A stretch of 62,374 bases of DNA, counting the filler. It is 8 parts of 8 records of this genome, joined end to end, with 100 filler letters (N's around TTAATTAATTAA, not from the genome) between each part and the next. Parts side by side here need not be neighbours in the genome. Positions count along the whole stretch, not along the records: positions 35,989 to 41,367 come from SRR31147125_31185; positions 41,468 to 47,774 come from SRR31147125_31204; positions 47,875 to 54,360 come from SRR31147125_31254; 5 more parts are not named here. The stretch is one strand, 5' to 3'. The notes below the pieces were generated by a model that had not been told where the DNA came from, did not search any database, and worked only from the letters and a program-made list of their open reading frames with translations. Positions within the stretch are counted from its first letter, which is position 1; the number at the start of each line of letters is the position of its first letter. Position numbers and translations under genes: made by a program. Positions 40,503 through 51,235 of this stretch are shown here, piece after piece.

Positions 40503-41318
40503 GTGGGTATCATTACTTTGTTGACCGACTTCGGAACACAGGATGAATACGTCGGAGTACTCAAAGGAGTGATTCTGACCATCAACCCTTCGGTAACCGT
40601 CGTGGACATTACCCACCATATTGCTCCCCAGGGGATCAATCAAGCCGGAGAGGTCCTCAATGCGGCGTTCTCCTGGTTCCCAAGGGATACTATCCATCTG
40701 ACCATCGTCGATCCTGGAGTGGGCAGTGGTCGTCATATCGTCGCATTACGGTCCCACGGACACACCTTTGTCGCACCGGATAATGGGCTGTTGACGCCTA
40801 TCCTTGCTGATGGCCAGGTGACCGGCGCTTTCAGGGTAGAGAATGAAAGGCTGTATCGGCAGCCGGTCAGCGCAACTTTTCACGGTCGTGATATCTTTGC
40901 ACCGGTGGCTGCCCATCTCTCTTTGGGGGTACCGATCGAACAGTTGGGCCCTGCCGTGGGGAGCGATCAGATTGTTAAGCGGCCTTATCAACATTGCGAA
41001 ATTTCAACAAAAGGTGCTATTGTTGGAAAAGTCGTCTATATCGACCGCTTCGGGAACCTCGGGACCAATATTGACCGTCGGAGTGTGACACAACTGACGG
41101 GACCATCAGGGGAGCGCGCCATTGAGATAGAGATCGGCGGGCAGACTATTTCCGGGCTATCAGAAAATTATTCCCAAAGTGATCCGGAAATACTGACCGC
41201 ACTTTTCAACAGCCGCAACCGACTGGAGATCGCCATAAACGGCGGAAATGCCGCCCAAAGCGTTGCAGCCCGGCCGGGCTCGGTTGTACAGGTAACCAAA
41301 ACTGATACCAACACATAA
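40503..41318 (+). CDS. SAM hydroxide adenosyltransferase (DUF62, halogenase superfamily)
   Basis: TLLTDFG, VDPGVG..R, PDNG, TFHGRD and IDRFGN. Confidence 0.9.
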   Translation: MGIITLLTDFGTQDEYVGVLKGVILTINPSVTVVDITHHIAPQGINQAGEVLNAAFSWFPRDTIHLTIVDPGVGSGRHIVALRSHGHTFVAPDNGLLTPILADGQVTGAFRVENERLYRQPVSATFHGRDIFAPVAAHLSLGVPIEQLGPAVGSDQIVKRPYQHCEISTKGAIVGKVVYIDRFGNLGTNIDRRSVTQLTGPSGERAIEIEIGGQTISGLSENYSQSDPEILTALFNSRNRLEIAINGGNAAQSVAARPGSVVQVTKTDTNT

Positions 41319-41367
41319 AACAGATACGAACCCGGGTTAATATCCAATGATGACATCGCGAAAAAAA

Positions 41368-41467
41368 NNNNNNNNNNNNNNNNNNNNNNNNNNNNNNNNN
41401 NNNNNNNNNNNTTAATTAATTAANNNNNNNNNNNNNNNNNNNNNNNNNNNNNNNNNNNNNNNNNNNN
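41368..41467. other. Artificial contig linker
   Basis: N44-TTAATTAATTAA-N44. Confidence 0.99.
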
Positions 41468-41719
41468 AAAAACACATTATATGGGTGGTGGGCGGGATTA
41501 GATAAAAAAACTAAAAATATCTTGCGATTACAGCTCAAATACGATTTACACGGTTTACTGAAAATTAACTAGTAAACCATTGTTTTTAGGTCGTTTAGGG
41601 TGATTGTTGGGTAGTTTATTCTTTACAAATTTCATATAGTTATGTTAGTATCGTATAACGTAATTTTCTGAAAGCCTAAGAATATCAACGGGTTATTATT
41701 ATCAAGAGGAATCTTCCGT

Positions 41720-44700
41720 ATGCGTTTGAAATCATTGGAAGTTGTAGGATTTAAGTCCTTTGCAGAGAGAACAATTGTCGAGTTTGAAGAGGGTGTCACA
41801 GGCATTGTCGGTCCTAATGGTTGTGGTAAATCAAACGTTGTCGATGCCATCCGTTGGGTTATGGGTGAACAGTCTGCAAAGCATCTCCGCGGTTCAAGCA
41901 TGGGAGATGTTATCTTTAATGGAACAGAGACGCGTCCTTCAATGGGAATGGCCTCTGTTTTTCTAACTTTCGATAATAGCGATGGAAGAGCTCCTGCCGA
42001 ATATGCCGACTATACAGAGATAACAGTTGGTCGTCGTTTATACCGCTCCGGTGAAAGTGAATACTATATCAATAAAGCTCCATGCAGATTGAAGGATATC
42101 GTTGATCTCTTTTTGGGAACTGGTATTGGCGCTAAGGCGTATGCTATTGTTGAGCAGGGTATGATCGGTCAGGTCTTGAGTGCAAAACCTGAAGACAGAA
42201 GAGTTTTGATTGAAGAGGCTGCAGGAATTTCTAAGTTTAAAGCTCGTAAAGAAGCAGCTGTAAGAAAGATGGAGTCTACAAAGGCGAATCTAGAAAGACT
42301 TACTGATGTTTTGAATGAATTGCAGCGCCAAATGAACTCTCTCTATCGTCAGGCAAAGAAGGCTGAACGCTTTAAGAGATTTTCTGACGAGTTAAAAGAT
42401 CTCGAATTAACCGTTTCAGCACATCAATATAGAAATATCAAAGAATCAGTCGATGCTTTGAAATCAAAACTTGATAATACAAAAGAAAATGAAGTTTCTG
42501 ATGGGTCGAAATTATCAATAGAAGAATCAGAGATTGAACAGTCAAAAGTTGAATTGAATGAACTTGAGATTGAATTGGATCTTGTTCAAGAGACTCTTTA
42601 TCAGCGTCAAAATGAATTGCAGCTCACAGAGGCCGATATAAACTATCAGACTAAAGAAATTGAAAATATAAATACTCAGAGTGAAAAGTGGGCTGAAGAG
42701 ATTGAAGATTTTCAGCGAAAGATTGGTGTTTGGCGAACAGAGTTGAGTGAATCAAATAAAGGCAAAGTCGAAGCAGATTTGAAAGTCAACACTGCAAAAG
42801 ATGGTTTAGCAGAGATTGAAGATAAGTTGCAGGATTTAAGAGATGACCATCATCAGTTAGTTATTGAATTAGAAGATAGTAGAAAAAGATTAGTTGGTTG
42901 TATTGAAAGTGTTTCTAAGAATAGTTCCAACCTTGATCAGTTTGAAAGAAGAGATGCAGAGATTGATTCAAGAATTGCAAAAGACCAGGCAGAGATTGAT
43001 GAAGTTGATTCAAAAATTAAAGAACTAGAAGAGAAGATCGGCGAAGGCAGCAGCGTCCTTACAGGAACAAAGCAGCTTAAACTTTCAATGGAAGAAGAGA
43101 GCTCAGCTGCATACGAAACTCTGGAAAGGCAGAAAGAAGAACAAAAGAGACTTGAAACTAAGATTAACTACTTGAAAGATGAGTTAAGTCAAAAAAGATC
43201 CCGTCTCTTTTCTTTGGATGAGTTGAGCAAAAATTTCGAAGGTTATCAAGAAGGTGTTAAAAACGTCCTCAAGAAGTCAAAAGAAGAAGGTGAAATGCAT
43301 GGCGTTGTTGGGACAATTAATGAAGTTGTCGAGACAAAGCCTGAATATGAAACAGCCGTAGGCGCTGTTTTGGGTGAAAAACTTCAGTATGTTGTTGTTG
43401 AATCACACACAGCTGGTGTTGAAGCTATTGATTACCTAAAGACTCAAGCAACGGGTCGTTCGACCTTTGTTCCAATGGAACTCAGAAGCGAATCGATGAG
43501 AGCTGCATCTATTGAAGGTGAAGGAGTCTTGGGTCCACTTGCAAACTATGTAAACTATACAGATAACTATAAAAAGATTGTCAATTATCTCTTTAACGAT
43601 GTTGTTCTTGTTGAAGATCTAAATAAAGCTTTAAAAGTTTGGGCTGATAATGATTGTGCCGCAACCTTTGTCACAATGGATGGTGAGGTTGTTGATCCAG
43701 CTGGTATTGTGACAGGTGGTATTGGTGGGGATGGTTCTCAGCAGTTGATGGAACATCGTCGTGAAATGAAAGAACTCACCGAAGCTGTTTCAAAATTGAC
43801 TTCTGAGTTGAAAATTGAAGAACAGCAGTTTGAGAAGGTTAAAGAGAGAGTTAAGGGTATACAAAAGAATATCGAAGATCTTGAAAAAAATTCTCACGAA
43901 GAAGAGATCAGACTTGTTCATCAGGAAAAAGAGGTTCATCATGCAGAGCAGCAGCTCTCCTACTATACTAACCAGAGAGATAAGTTGACAGTTGAGATTG
44001 CAGCTTTGATGGAAGAAAAAGAGGGTCTTAGGTCTGAAGAAGAGTGCGCAAGAAGTGAATACGACAGCAGTTCTTCACAGAAGAGTCAGTTTGAAGCCGA
44101 AGTTGATGAAAAACAACAGGCCGAGAATGAGCTCCGGAATAGATTGCAAGATATGACTCAGAAGAAAACTGAGTACGATCTTCAAGTTGAAACAGAAAAA
44201 GATAAAGCTCTAGCTTTTGAAAGAGATGTTCAAAGGCTTATTAATTCAATCGTTGAAGCTGAAGTTGGGATTGCCGTTAGAAAAGGCGATATCTCTGAAT
44301 CTGTACAGACTGTTAAGACGGTAGATTTTTCGATAAAGTGTAAGAGAGAACATCTTAGCTATATCGTAAAATTAATTAATGATCTTAAGTCAAAACATGT
44401 CGAGATAAAGAGTAAATATGATGAGCTTGCAAATAGTTTGAGAGAAAAAGAGGCTTTGATTAGAGAGCTTCGTAAGTATCACGATGAACATGTTCAGAGC
44501 TTGCATGAAATTGAACTCGATTTGACAACTAAGCAGGAAAAGATCAACTATATGAGTCGTGAGATCTTTGATAAATATAGAGTTGCTCTAGAGAGCTCTT
44601 ATCAAGAATATATCTCTGAAGAGATTGAGCTTGAAAGTTCTGCTGAACGTGTCGATGAGTTGAAAACCAAGCTTGATAAGATCGGTTCTGTAAATGTTGA

Positions 44701-45301
44701 TGCTATACATGAATATGAAGAGTTGAAGGTCAGAAATGATTTCTTGCAGGGTCAGTTTGATGATCTCTCAACATCCATGAATGATCTGCACCGCGCAATT
44801 CAGAAAATAAATAAAACAAGTAAGGTTCGTTTCCAGGAAGCTTTTGATTCTGTTAATGAACGTTTTCAAAAGATGTTCCCAAAACTCTTTGAGGGTGGAA
44901 AAGCAAGACTTGTTCTTACTGAAGAACAGAATGTCCTTGAAAGTGGTGTTGATATTATTGCTCAGCCTCCAGGCAAAAAGCTGCAGAGTGTTACATTGCT
45001 CTCTGGTGGTGAGAAGGCTTTGACAGCAGTGGCCTTAATCTTTTCGATCTTCTTGCATAGACCATCACCATTCTGTCTCTTGGATGAGGTTGATGCTCCG
45101 CTTGATGATGCAAATATCGACCGCTTTAATGAGATGATTCGTGAGATGACAAAAATTTCTCAGTTTATTCTCATTACTCATAACAAGAGAACAATGGAAT
45201 TGGCCGACACTCTCTATGGTGTAACAATGGAAGAGAGAGGTGCTTCAAAGGTCATTTCAATTTCCCTCACAGATAAAAAGAGTGGCGTAGCCGCAGCGTA
45301 A
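41720..45301 (+). CDS. smc: Chromosome segregation ATPase SMC
   Basis: GFKSF, GPNGCGKSN, coiled coils with hinge, LSGGE and LDEVDAPLD. Confidence 0.98.
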   Translation: MRLKSLEVVGFKSFAERTIVEFEEGVTGIVGPNGCGKSNVVDAIRWVMGEQSAKHLRGSSMGDVIFNGTETRPSMGMASVFLTFDNSDGRAPAEYADYTEITVGRRLYRSGESEYYINKAPCRLKDIVDLFLGTGIGAKAYAIVEQGMIGQVLSAKPEDRRVLIEEAAGISKFKARKEAAVRKMESTKANLERLTDVLNELQRQMNSLYRQAKKAERFKRFSDELKDLELTVSAHQYRNIKESVDALKSKLDNTKENEVSDGSKLSIEESEIEQSKVELNELEIELDLVQETLYQRQNELQLTEADINYQTKEIENINTQSEKWAEEIEDFQRKIGVWRTELSESNKGKVEADLKVNTAKDGLAEIEDKLQDLRDDHHQLVIELEDSRKRLVGCIESVSKNSSNLDQFERRDAEIDSRIAKDQAEIDEVDSKIKELEEKIGEGSSVLTGTKQLKLSMEEESSAAYETLERQKEEQKRLETKINYLKDELSQKRSRLFSLDELSKNFEGYQEGVKNVLKKSKEEGEMHGVVGTINEVVETKPEYETAVGAVLGEKLQYVVVESHTAGVEAIDYLKTQATGRSTFVPMELRSESMRAASIEGEGVLGPLANYVNYTDNYKKIVNYLFNDVVLVEDLNKALKVWADNDCAATFVTMDGEVVDPAGIVTGGIGGDGSQQLMEHRREMKELTEAVSKLTSELKIEEQQFEKVKERVKGIQKNIEDLEKNSHEEEIRLVHQEKEVHHAEQQLSYYTNQRDKLTVEIAALMEEKEGLRSEEECARSEYDSSSSQKSQFEAEVDEKQQAENELRNRLQDMTQKKTEYDLQVETEKDKALAFERDVQRLINSIVEAEVGIAVRKGDISESVQTVKTVDFSIKCKREHLSYIVKLINDLKSKHVEIKSKYDELANSLREKEALIRELRKYHDEHVQSLHEIELDLTTKQEKINYMSREIFDKYRVALESSYQEYISEEIELESSAERVDELKTKLDKIGSVNVDAIHEYEELKVRNDFLQGQFDDLSTSMNDLHRAIQKINKTSKVRFQEAFDSVNERFQKMFPKLFEGGKARLVLTEEQNVLESGVDIIAQPPGKKLQSVTLLSGGEKALTAVALIFSIFLHRPSPFCLLDEVDAPLDDANIDRFNEMIREMTKISQFILITHNKRTMELADTLYGVTMEERGASKVISISLTDKKSGVAAA

Positions 45302-45306
45302 TTCCT

Positions 45307-46229
45307 ATGGGTATTTTTCGAAGAAAAAAGATGTAGAAACTAAAGCTGATTTACCTTCAGAGGGTTCTGATAATGTGCAAAAACCTTCAGGTGGAAAATT
45401 CACTGGTAAAATTAAGTCTTTTTTTAAACGTACAGATATTACTCCAGAATATTGGGACGAGTTAGAAGAAGCTCTTTTAACTTCCGATGTTGGTATGGAG
45501 ACAACTCTAAAGATTGTTGATCCTTTAAGAAAAATTAAGAAGATGGATGAGTTGAAGACAAAGCTCTCTGAAATTATGCATGGCATTTTGAAAGCTCATC
45601 AGATTGAGATCAAGAATAAACCTCATGTGATTATGGTTGTTGGTGTTAATGGTACAGGAAAGACAACGACAATTGCAAAACTTGCGAATAGATATAAGTC
45701 GGAGGGGAAAAAGGTTCTTTTGGTCGCAGCTGATACTTTTCGGGCAGCGGCCATTGAGCAGTTGAAGGTTTGGGGTGAGCGTTTGGATCTTCCTGTTGTT
45801 GCGCAGGCTCAAGATTCAGATCCTGCAGCCGTGGCCTTCGATGGTGTGAAATCTGCGGAAGCTAAGGATGTTGATATTGTTATTTTGGATACCGCTGGAA
45901 GATTGCATACAAATAAAAATCTAATGAATGAGCTTCACAAGGTGAAAAGAGTAGTTGATAAGGCTTTGCCTGGTTCACCGCATGATGTTTTGCTTGTTCT
46001 CGATGCTACTTTTGGTCAGAATGGCTTAATGCAGGCAAAGAAGTTCCATGAAGAGCTTGGGCTTACTGGAGCCATCTTGGCAAAGATGGATGGAACTGCG
46101 AAAGGCGGAGTGATACTATCTGTAGCAAATGATTTGGGTATTCCGGTCAGTTTTATTGGTGTGGGTGAAGGTTTGGGTGATATTAGAGCCTTTAACCCAG
46201 ACTCTTTTGTGCAGGAAATCCTACAATAA
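45307..46229 (+). CDS. ftsY: SRP receptor FtsY; the likely start 45307 needs one base restored in the T5/A6 runs at ~45314-45328
   Basis: LEE.LL.SDVG, GVNGTGKTTT, DTFRAAA, DTAGR and DGTAKGG; smc-ftsY synteny. The track start is 45375. Confidence 0.95.
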
Positions 46230-46427
46230 TTAAAATACCTAATAAATACGCTGGTTTAGTTGAAAAACAGGGGTTTTATAGGTCCTATATATAATGATAG
46301 GGACAATTCCTAAAATAGGAGGCTTTTTGCTGAATATTTAGGCAGATCAGCATAAATGCCTTGACAATGGGCGCTATATCCGATATTTCGCCCCCCTACT
46401 TGAAAGAAATGTAAACAGAGGTGAATT

Positions 46428-46766
46428 ATGTCATTAAATCAGAAGTACACATGGGCCGATTTTCTTAAGGAAAATCCAGAATTTAAAGAAAAGAAAGTTA
46501 AGAGAACTTCTTCAGAAGGTAAAAAAGCTTTCGATGCTGCTTACAAAGCAAAGATCAAGACAGTCTTGAAAGATAGACTTTCCTGGATCGAAAAAGAAGT
46601 AAAGCGTGTAAGTGATAAGAAGACCGGTTTGGTTGCTGATATCAAGGCAGCAAAAAAAGGTTGCAGAAAAGTTGTTGTTCAGAAGAAGATTGGTGCAAAA
46701 GATAAATATATCCATAAATTGGGTAAATTGACCGAAAGAACCAAAGAGATTCAGAAGAATATCTAA
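46428..46766 (+). CDS. Small Lys-rich hypothetical protein
   Basis: GAGGTG ribosome site, TTGACA at 46361 and its own terminator; 28 of 112 residues are Lys. Confidence 0.8.
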   Translation: MSLNQKYTWADFLKENPEFKEKKVKRTSSEGKKAFDAAYKAKIKTVLKDRLSWIEKEVKRVSDKKTGLVADIKAAKKGCRKVVVQKKIGAKDKYIHKLGKLTERTKEIQKNI

Positions 46767-46783
46767 TCAAAAGATTTTTCACT

Positions 46784-46811
46784 AAAAGCGGGCTTTTTGC
46801 CCGCTTTTTTT
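46784..46811 (+). terminator. Rho-independent terminator
   Basis: AAAAGCGGGC-ttttt-GCCCGCTTTTTTT. Confidence 0.9.
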
Positions 46812-46823
46812 ATATAAACCAGC

Positions 46824-46846
46824 TTTGCAACCCCTGGGGTTGCAAA
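46824..46846. promoter_or_regulatory. Perfect 23-bp palindrome upstream of coaX, putative operator
   Basis: TTTGCAACCCC-T-GGGGTTGCAAA. Confidence 0.5.
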
Positions 46847-46871
46847 ATGGTTAATATTAATGAGGATTGTT

Positions 46872-47627
46872 ATGTTGCTTGCTATTGATATTGGAAATAC
46901 TAGTACGACGATAGGTGTTTTTAATAGTGATAGTCTTAAGGAGTCTTGGAGAACTGAGACCAAGAAAAAGACTACAGCTGATGAGTATGCACTCCTTTTT
47001 AAAGATTTCTTTAGACTAGCAGGTTTTGATTTTTCTGAAATTGATGGTGTTGTGATATCCAATGTCGTTCCATCTGTTCAACATGCTGTTACAAGTATGT
47101 CTCGAAGATACTTTGACGTTGAGCCTATAAATGTTTCAATTGAAAATGTTGAGATTGATGTAAACTATCCAAATCCTGCTGAAATCGGAGCTGACAGGCT
47201 TGTCAACGCAATAGCTGCATATGATAAAACCAGATCTGCAACGATTGTTGTCGATTTTGGTACCGCAACTACATTTGACTATATTGATGAGAAGGGGTGC
47301 TATTCAGGTGGTGCTATTGCCCCTGGGATTGCTATTTCAAATGAGGCTCTCTATCACTGGACTTCTAAGCTACCTCGAGTAGATATTGTAAAGCCTGATA
47401 GGGTTGTTGGAGATTCTACAGTTGCTGCAATTCAGTCAGGTGTTTATAATGGTTACGTTGGTCTTGTAAAAAATATTATTGAAGAGATTCAAAGGGAAGT
47501 TAAACAGGATATTAAGGTTGTTGCAACGGGAGGTCTTGCATCACTTGTTGTTTCGGAGATGGGGATCGAAGTAGATAAGTTTTTGACCTTAAAGGGATTA
47601 AAGCTTATTTATGATAGAAATAGGTAG
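46872..47627 (+). CDS. coaX: Type III pantothenate kinase
   Basis: IDIGNT, IGADR, VDFGTATT, GG.I.PG and ATGG. Confidence 0.95.
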   Translation: MLLAIDIGNTSTTIGVFNSDSLKESWRTETKKKTTADEYALLFKDFFRLAGFDFSEIDGVVISNVVPSVQHAVTSMSRRYFDVEPINVSIENVEIDVNYPNPAEIGADRLVNAIAAYDKTRSATIVVDFGTATTFDYIDEKGCYSGGAIAPGIAISNEALYHWTSKLPRVDIVKPDRVVGDSTVAAIQSGVYNGYVGLVKNIIEEIQREVKQDIKVVATGGLASLVVSEMGIEVDKFLTLKGLKLIYDRNR

Positions 47628-47680
47628 ATTTTTACAAATTGGCTTCTCGACGTTGCTCGAAGACTATTTGTTGAATCATA

Positions 47681-47715
47681 AAAAAGGCGGGGTGTTTTAA
47701 ACACTCCGCCTTTTT
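47681..47715. terminator. Rho-independent terminator
   Basis: AAAAAGGCGGGGTGT-tttaa-ACACTCCGCCTTTTT. Confidence 0.85.
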
Positions 47716-47774
47716 AGTTTTATACTTAACCTTAATTTCAGTCCTAATCTTAAATCTATGATAGGCTTTTAAAA

Positions 47775-47874
47775 NNNNNNNNNNNNNNNNNNNNNNNNNN
47801 NNNNNNNNNNNNNNNNNNTTAATTAATTAANNNNNNNNNNNNNNNNNNNNNNNNNNNNNNNNNNNNNNNNNNNN
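47775..47874. other. Artificial contig linker
   Basis: N44-TTAATTAATTAA-N44. Confidence 0.99.
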
Positions 47875-47921
47875 CATACCTTCTGGACGTTCCATACCTT
47901 CTGGTGGCTCCATGCCTTCCG
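47875..47921 (-). repeat. 18-bp coding tandem repeat (EGMEPP/EGMERP); the contig breaks inside it
   Basis: SEGMEPPEGMERPEGM up to the linker. Confidence 0.85.
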
Positions 47922-50900
47922 AAGTTTCAGACTCGCTATCAGATACACTAGCATCATATTTTATATCATTATCAATACCAGGATATCCTTCTTGCTCACT
48001 AAATTCGGTATTAAATGTCATTGTTCCAAAATCACTCATTCCAATTACAGCATCATCATTATCCATCATTTGAAGAATAACACCATCTTGTGTATTTAAC
48101 TCTGAATCATCAACATTTATATCTACCGCACCATTTTTTATCAAGAATATTGCATTTTGTGTATTAAAAACCGTACCGTCTAATATATTTGCTTGACCGT
48201 CACCATGCCACATAATGCCAAACGCATCTGAATTAACGGTACTAATATTACCCTCGCCTGCAATATCTTCAAATACTGTTGTATTTTCTTCGTCATCTTT
48301 ATTGATTGTAAAGTTACCATTTGACGATGCATATGTAACTGTTCCACCTGTTACGATATTTGCGTAGGTCGATACATCAAATGTCGTACCATAAAAGTAT
48401 TCCTCTGCATCTCCAATTGCATATGTACCATAACCACTATCCCCTGTTAGCTCCACCGTTGAGTCAATAGCAGTCAACACTACATCACTGCAACCATCTG
48501 TAGAGAGTACACCCCAATCATTTGCTGAGATATATGAGTTTACAAATGTTGTTGTACTATAGTTTCCTAGCATATTTGTAGACCTTGCAGAACCAGATAT
48601 TCCAAGCACCCATGGTGGTGTTACCATTCTTGTTGTGTCCGCATTATTTTCATATCCTTCAAAAGTCGTGCCACCTTCAACACTGATAGTAGAATTTGCA
48701 ACCAAGATATCGGCACCATTATCAGCAACAACTGCAGCACGTGCTACTCCTTCGGTATTAATTGTTACATTATCAATTTCCAACTTACTATCTCCAAATG
48801 CCGTCAATACCGAACCGTATCCTGTGAAGTCTAAAGTGTTACTGCCATCCGCATCACTAATAAAATTAAACTCCGAATCGGAGATTTCATATTCGCCCGA
48901 ATCAACTAGCATTACCCCATTAAAGTTATCGCTATTAGAATCAATTGATATACCGCTGGTTTGATCATCGTCATAGCTTCCACCTTCAATCGATTCAAGC
49001 ACAGATTTCGATTCTTCCAAACCATCTGTTCCTATATAAAGAGCGGTTCTGTATTCTTCGGCACCTTTTGCACTTTCACTGGCATAGTCGCCTGCTGCAT
49101 CTGTTATAGATACATAAGCATTATCTGCCTCTGTGTATTCTGTACCCGAAACAATCTCTGTTTCAACTCCATCAACTATCAGTGTAACTTGCCCTAAACT
49201 AGAGGATAATCCTTCCTCTGGAATCACGCCAACAAAATCACCTTCAGTTATATTACTTAAAGCCGAAACGCTCTCAGCAACAGTTTGATCGGTTATTACT
49301 ATATCGCCAGAATATGTACCAGCTTCAATCTGTGTTAAAATACCATTTACATAAAAATTATATCCATTTGGAATATTAACTTGCGCACCTTGCTCAATTG
49401 TTAGAGACGTTAGACTCGATTCTCCTGTTATATTCCATGTTGAACCAGCTTTTACTGTTACACTAGCTCCATAACTTGTATCCCAACTATCATCAACTAA
49501 CCAATTAAGCTCTTCATCACTATAGTCAGACCAAACTTCCTGCCAGTCCTCTAATGTGCCAGATACAATCGCACCATTCAATATTGTGTTGTCCAAAGTA
49601 ACTTCCATTTTACGCTGATAATCCATATGCTTTATATCACCACTTACGTCCATATCAGACAATGAAACTGCTATTGGTTTTACAGAACTTGTATCAGCAT
49701 CACCTTCTGCAAGAAAGTTACCCATACTATCACTGTTTAGCACTGTCATTATTATTGTATCGCTATAAGATTCGACGTCAGCGTTTGTCAAGTTTATATT
49801 TGCGCTTGTACTTTTTAAAAGTATTGTAGCCCCACTTACATAGTCTACATATTCACCAACTGCTTCACCGTAATTCTCCGCATAGTCAAATGTGCTTACA
49901 AAGCTTTCAGAAGTTTTAAGTGTAGAATTTTCTACATTCAAAGTTCCGCAATCAGCGGCAACTGCACCTTGCCCCATCATATCTGGTGTATGCAACATCA
50001 CTGCATTCCGACCGCCAATTACGACAGTTCCATCTTCGGTTGTTTCACCAATATTATATTGCAATACATCTTCCGATATTGCTTCACCGTCACTTATCGT
50101 TATTTGACCACTTTTAGCTATAATAGCACCAACCTCTGCCGACTCTAATGTACTGCCATAAAGCCATACACGACAGTTTGTATCAGCGTATGCGCTGTAT
50201 CCACCGTTTTGAGCGATAGCGTCTGTGTTATATGCGTAAAGATCTAATCCGTCTCCTGTTGCAGAATCAGTTGATAGCGCTGCCCAACCTTCTGCTATAC
50301 AACTTGAATTGAAATAGTATGTATCACTAGCTCCGATCGAGAAATTCGAACGTGCTGTACCACTTATTAAAAGCGCTTCATTTGAAAAAGGCTCTGCTAT
50401 TTCGCTTGTATTATCATTATTTCCTGTTGATATAATTGAGGAATCATTAACAATAATTACGCCATCGTTATATACGCTAGTAACATAACGTCCAGCACCA
50501 TCCACAACAAGCTCAGAATCGTTGATATACATCTTTGCACCATTATCAACAGCAACAGCACTACCGCCTGTATCATCAGCATTTGCCGCTTCATCAACAC
50601 TAAGATAAATCGAACTGTCTTGAAGTGTTACAACAGAATCTTCACCCACTGCAAGTATTCCAGTATAAGTATAATCACCACTTGTCAAATCAAGATCACT
50701 AATAACAACACTGGAGTCATCTATTTTCAGATTATTGGAGTATTCACCTGCTGAGTATTCATTTTCTTCAACCTCTTCACCATCTTCTATATAAATGGCT
50801 GATTCAGTTGGAACTCCACTCATTCCATTTGAAATTGCACTTTCCGTAGGCTCCATACCCTCTGGCATTTCCATTCCTTCCGGTGGTTCCATTCCTTCTG

Positions 50901-51072
50901 GTGGTTCCATTCCTTCTGTTGACGCATCGTCTTCTACAAGTATTTCCTCTTCTAACGATTCTTCGGTAACAACCGTCGCTTCATCATTCATTGTTGTTCC
51001 TGCGCATCCTACAACAGTCAGCACGAACAACATTATGATAAGCGACATAATAATTTGAATTTTCAGTTTCAT
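47875..51072 (-). CDS. Large acidic lipoprotein with two tandem beta-helix-like domains and PEGME repeats (3'-truncated)
   Basis: AAGGAG ribosome site, VVGC lipobox, alternating beta-solenoid pattern and W..TG.S.LT.LTI cap motif. Confidence 0.75.
50848..50916 (-). repeat. 18-bp coding tandem repeat, 4 units
   Basis: EGMEPPEGMEPPEGMEMPEGMEP. Confidence 0.9.
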
Positions 51073-51235
51073 CTTTATAGTCTCCTTATTCTATTACTGA
51101 GATAATCGAGTATTAACAAACACTCAACTACTATTTCTATACTTTGTTAAACTGCTCAACTTACCTATTACTATTAGCGAAACTGTTCTTTCAAACAGCT
51201 CCGCCATTAAGTTATATTTTCATATTTTTTTAAGA

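Noticed and set aside
40503-41318. Fluorinase or chlorinase
   Set aside because: The DUF62 Asp-Arg-His hydrolase residues are present and there is no biosynthetic cluster context.
41348-41367. Possible IS or MITE end (GATGACATCGCGAAAAA) at the contig end
   Set aside because: Too short, with no second end or transposase visible.
41623-41650. dif site upstream of smc
   Set aside because: TTATGTTAGTA resembles the XerD arm, but the XerC arm lacks the required ATAA end.
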